NCBI GenBank assembly: GCA_003635315.1
Contig: PYJD01000040.1
Span: 65,276 to 129,275 of the forward strand
DNA length: 64,000 bases
From: Candidatus Poribacteria bacterium
GTDB taxonomy: Bacteria; Poribacteria; WGA-4E; WGA-3G
Direction of reading: 5' to 3'
In this document: positions 60,533 to 64,000 of the stretch, one piece after another
Position numbering within the stretch: position 1 is the stretch's first letter
Layout: each line of letters begins with the position of its first letter
The notes under the pieces: model-generated
The model's database searches: none
What the model saw: the letters and a program-made list of their open reading frames with translations, nothing else
What the model was told of the DNA's origin: nothing
Position numbers and translations under genes: made by a program

Positions 60533-62155
60533 ATGGTTAACGAAATACTCTTTCTTGGTGTTTTAATTATCTGCTTTGTAAGAGCTATTATTAGAGCAAT
60601 TCAGGGATTACATATTTTACAACTTGATGGATACAAACCTGGCAGATATGCAAAATGGGTTACAAACCACATCAGCCAATGCATTGAAATCAAGGATTTA
60701 ACAATTATTGTTATATTCTCAATACCTGTAATTATATACCCTCCATTTCTTGAGGGTAATTGGATTTTTCCTGTGCTGGCAATAGTTTGGATGGTTTTCC
60801 AACTATATGCTATAACAACCCGTAAGAAGGTTGATGTTAAAAAACCTTTGGTCTATACATTCCGGGCGAAACGGTTGTTGAGTTTTGCATTATTCTTACT
60901 GTTAGGACTTAGTGTAATTTTTGCATTATTTATACAGGAAAATAGATGGCGTCTTATTGCTTTTCTATTTAGTGAGATAACAATACCAATTATGATCTTA
61001 AGTAGTTTTCTCATCTGGCCTGTTGAACAGTTCATTAACAGTTTGTATTTACGGGATGCAAGAAGACGCATTAAATCTCTGGAACCTACTGTCATAGGCA
61101 TAACTGGAAGCTATGGCAAAACAAGCACAAAATATATACTCCATCAGATTCTATCACAAAAATATAATACTTTGATGACACCTGATAGTTATAACACGCC
61201 AATGGGAATCTGCAAAGTAATTAGAGGGGATTTATTACCTGAACATGAATATTTCATCGTTGAAATGGGGGCATATAAACGTGGAGATATTAAGGTGTTG
61301 TGTGAGCTTGTGTTTCCTGAGATTGGAATTCTTACCGCCGTCGGCCCTCAGCATTTAGAAAGATTCAAGAGTATTGAAAATACCACAAAAGCAAAATATG
61401 AACTAATTCAGTCTTTACCAATGAATGGATTAGCTGTCATCAACAATGATAATAGTATTTGCGAAGATTTAGCCGAGAAAACGGACACCGTCCCTGTTAT
61501 CCGATATGGGGTTAATTCAAAGGATACAAATAGATTAACTGCAGATGATATCAAACAATCTGAAAATGGTTTGTCATTTACACTTCAAGACAATACTTCA
61601 GGAACTATAGAGATTTCAACTAAGCTTCTTGGAAAACATAACGTGTCCAATATACTTGCAGCTGTGGCAGTTGCCCAACACTGTGGTATGACATTAAATG
61701 AGATAAGTGATGCTCTTAAGGCGTTGGAACCTGTTCCTCATCGTTTGCAATTAATGGATTCAGGTACTGGTATCACTGTGATCGACGATTCCTTTAATGC
61801 CAACCCTGAAGGTGCAAGGGCTGCCCTTGAAGTATTGCGAGATTTTCTGAGTAAAGGAACTTCACAAAAAGTATTAGTTACCCCAGGGTTAGTTGAGTTA
61901 GGTGAGTTAGAATACGATGCAAATAAGAAATTTGGATCAGATGCAGCTAAGGTTTGTGATCTCGTTATCCTTGTAGGACCTGCGAGAACATTGCCTATAT
62001 TAGACGGGTTAAAAACTCAAGATTATCCTGAAGATAAAATATATGTCGCTAAGAATCTAAACGATGCACAACAACAACTTGCTTTACGCCTTTCACCTGG
62101 GGATGTCGTCCTTTTTGAAAATGACTTACCCGATAATTATAACGAATCAGTCTAA
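60533..62155 (+). CDS. murF: UDP-N-acetylmuramoyl-tripeptide--D-alanyl-D-alanine ligase MurF with N-terminal polytopic membrane extension
   Basis: 540 aa. Residues 1 to about 165 form 5 hydrophobic helices. Then come the Mur ligase P-loop 'GITGSYGKTSTKYIL' and the MurF signature 'IDDSFNANPEGA'. Confidence 0.85.
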   Translation: MVNEILFLGVLIICFVRAIIRAIQGLHILQLDGYKPGRYAKWVTNHISQCIEIKDLTIIVIFSIPVIIYPPFLEGNWIFPVLAIVWMVFQLYAITTRKKVDVKKPLVYTFRAKRLLSFALFLLLGLSVIFALFIQENRWRLIAFLFSEITIPIMILSSFLIWPVEQFINSLYLRDARRRIKSLEPTVIGITGSYGKTSTKYILHQILSQKYNTLMTPDSYNTPMGICKVIRGDLLPEHEYFIVEMGAYKRGDIKVLCELVFPEIGILTAVGPQHLERFKSIENTTKAKYELIQSLPMNGLAVINNDNSICEDLAEKTDTVPVIRYGVNSKDTNRLTADDIKQSENGLSFTLQDNTSGTIEISTKLLGKHNVSNILAAVAVAQHCGMTLNEISDALKALEPVPHRLQLMDSGTGITVIDDSFNANPEGARAALEVLRDFLSKGTSQKVLVTPGLVELGELEYDANKKFGSDAAKVCDLVILVGPARTLPILDGLKTQDYPEDKIYVAKNLNDAQQQLALRLSPGDVVLFENDLPDNYNESV

Positions 62156-62263
62156 TCAAGAAACTGTGTACGGTCCTTTAATGAATAGAAATAATAGACT
62201 ATATCTGTTGAATATCACAATATATTGTAAATTTAGAGTTTGAATCTATAAGGAATTTTAACT

Positions 62264-63448
62264 ATGAATGTTGCAGTCATATTCGGTGGCAGATCTCCTG
62301 AACATGAAGTCTCCATTGTTACTGCCCATCAGCTAAAAGCTGCATTAAATGATAAGTATGAAGTAACCCTTATATATATTACAAAAGATGGTGAATGGTT
62401 GACAGGTGACAAACTTCATGAATTAAATACTTTTACCAATGGAAATTTACCTAACATATCAGATTATGATAGAGTTAGTGTTGAATTTGAAAAAAAACCA
62501 ACCTTTTATAATATTCCAAAACGTTCCGGTCTATTCAATAAAAAGAGTGTCTTAAACATTGACGTTATATTCCCCGCTATTCATGGTGTAAATGGTGAAG
62601 ATGGAACACTGCAAGGTTTATTTGAATTAATGAATATCCCTTATGTTGGTGCAGGGGTCGTAGGTTCATGTATTGGAATGGATAAAATCATTATGAAGTC
62701 AATACTGAGCGATAGTAATCTTCCTATCCTACCATATATCTGGTTCACAAAACATCAGTGGAATACCACCTCTGAAGATATTATTGATAGAATTGAAGAG
62801 AAATTAGGTTATCCAATTTTTGTAAAACCTGCTATCAGTGGATCAAGTATTGGAGTAAGTCCGGCAAGAGATCAAGAAGAACTAAGAAACGCGATTGAAC
62901 TGGCTTGTCGATATTGTCAACGAATAGTGGTTGAGGAAGGTATAGAACAAGGTTATGAAATTAACTGTTCTGTTATGGGAACACACAACCCTATCGCTTC
63001 TGTTTGTGAACAACCAATCAGTAATAGTGATTTTCTTAGTTTTGATGATAAATATATACATAATACATCCGATGATTCAGATGATGTTTCCAGGGAAGGA
63101 ATGGCAGGAGCACAAAGAAATATTCCTGCACCAATTAGCGATGACCTAACGTTACATATTCAAAACCTAGCTACTGATACATTTCAAATTCTCGACTGTT
63201 CTGGAATAGCACGAATTGATTTCATAATTACATCTGAGGACATAGTTTATGTAAATGAAATTAACACTATCCCCGGATCATTCAGTTTCTATTTATGGGA
63301 ACCATCAGAAATTACATTCCCGCAATTGTCATCGGAATTGGTTACACTGGCATTAGAAACACATAAAGAAAAAAATAAATTAATATATTCTAATACAACT
63401 AATCTATTAAGCCACGCAGGAGCAAGTTTAGGTAAGTTAAAGGATTAA
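62264..63448 (+). CDS. ddl: D-alanine--D-alanine ligase
   Basis: 394 aa. 'VAVIFGGRSPEHEVSIVTA' and 'AIHGVNGEDGTLQGLFELMNIPYVG' begin the ATP-grasp Ddl fold. Confidence 0.85.
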   Translation: MNVAVIFGGRSPEHEVSIVTAHQLKAALNDKYEVTLIYITKDGEWLTGDKLHELNTFTNGNLPNISDYDRVSVEFEKKPTFYNIPKRSGLFNKKSVLNIDVIFPAIHGVNGEDGTLQGLFELMNIPYVGAGVVGSCIGMDKIIMKSILSDSNLPILPYIWFTKHQWNTTSEDIIDRIEEKLGYPIFVKPAISGSSIGVSPARDQEELRNAIELACRYCQRIVVEEGIEQGYEINCSVMGTHNPIASVCEQPISNSDFLSFDDKYIHNTSDDSDDVSREGMAGAQRNIPAPISDDLTLHIQNLATDTFQILDCSGIARIDFIITSEDIVYVNEINTIPGSFSFYLWEPSEITFPQLSSELVTLALETHKEKNKLIYSNTTNLLSHAGASLGKLKD

Positions 63449-63530
63449 TGTAAAACAATCATATATATAAATATAAATGTATCCTATCAGTCAAATCATT
63501 ATTGCCCGTTAGTTGTACCTCTCCAATACT

Positions 63531-64000
63531 ATGCTTTATCATCTATTTATACAGACACTTGCAGATAGTTTTCCACTGTTAGATTTCTTCGGATCTATTA
63601 GTATTCGAACAGTATATGCAACTGTTACAGCATTAGGGATTTCTCTGGTTTTAGGTCCTTTTATGGTCTCAAAGTTAAAACAGTTAAATATTGGAGAACA
63701 TATACAAGAAGAGGTAAAACAAGCACAAGACAACGATAATCAAAGTAAAACCGGTACGCCTACAATGGGTGGAATACTTATCATAGTAGCCGTTCTGATT
63801 TCTGTCCTATTTTGGGCTAAGTTAAATCAGCCATACATCCTGTTGATGTTATTAACAATGCTCTGGTTTGGTGGACTCGGTTTTCTTGATGATATGCGTA
63901 AAATCAGTAAAAGGCAATCCCTTGGTCTAAGAGCATGGCAGAAAATTTTACTCCAAACTTTAGGGGCATTAGCAATTGCATTCTATCTTTTTTATTGGGG
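63531..64000 (+). CDS. mraY: phospho-N-acetylmuramoyl-pentapeptide-transferase (partial; runs off the 3' end of the window)
   Basis: The ORF starts at ATG 63531 with no stop before the window end, so it is absent from the ORF track. It has 'GTPTMGGILII' and the 'GFLDDMRKI' MraY motifs. Confidence 0.85.
   Translation, partial: MLYHLFIQTLADSFPLLDFFGSISIRTVYATVTALGISLVLGPFMVSKLKQLNIGEHIQEEVKQAQDNDNQSKTGTPTMGGILIIVAVLISVLFWAKLNQPYILLMLLTMLWFGGLGFLDDMRKISKRQSLGLRAWQKILLQTLGALAIAFYLFYW

Overview
AT-rich (roughly 35-38% GC by eye) bacterial chromosomal segment. Gene content suggests a Gram-negative organism. That inference rests on a GT9 heptosyltransferase, a TolB-like PD40 protein, predicted outer-membrane proteins and a YacG-like protein. 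Most of the window is housekeeping. There is a mutS2-dnaG-rpoD segment followed by tRNA-Met/tRNA-Val, and thiG. There is a pyrimidine operon, pyrR-pyrC-carA-carB, with a PyrR-type leader attenuator. There is a nadD-(yacG-like)-yqeK-rsfS operon. There is a dcw cluster, rsmH-ftsL-ftsI-murE-(alpha/beta hydrolase)-murF-ddl-mraY, with unusual order and a membrane-anchored MurF. Other housekeeping genes include cysC, a peroxiredoxin, thiI, nagB and a GlnA-family ligase. An accessory islet spans about 20.6-27.2 kb. It holds a Type II restriction-modification pair with a motif-permuted methyltransferase, a degraded toxin/antitoxin remnant and an HsdR_N-like PD-(D/E)xK protein. The most unusual content is threefold. 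(1) Three tandem or divergent secreted LamG (Laminin_G_3-like) paralogs. They and a TolB-like beta-propeller protein elsewhere share a roughly 20-aa extreme C-terminal tail, LPVEPxxKL(A/T)T(T/S)WGx(I/V)K. Each locus sits next to a TPR protein. (2) A noncoding repeat family with two roughly 400-nt copies and two short inverted fragments. It is built around the palindrome TGACACA-N3-TGTGTCA and is always placed 245-465 nt upstream of, and co-oriented with, a gene (cysC, peroxiredoxin, isomerase-nagB, thiI). Two of the copies lie in unusually long gene-free AT-rich regions. (3) Tandem perfect sigma-54 type -24/-12 promoters immediately upstream of rsmH and the dcw cluster. No rRNA, CRISPR array, integrase or transposase was seen.
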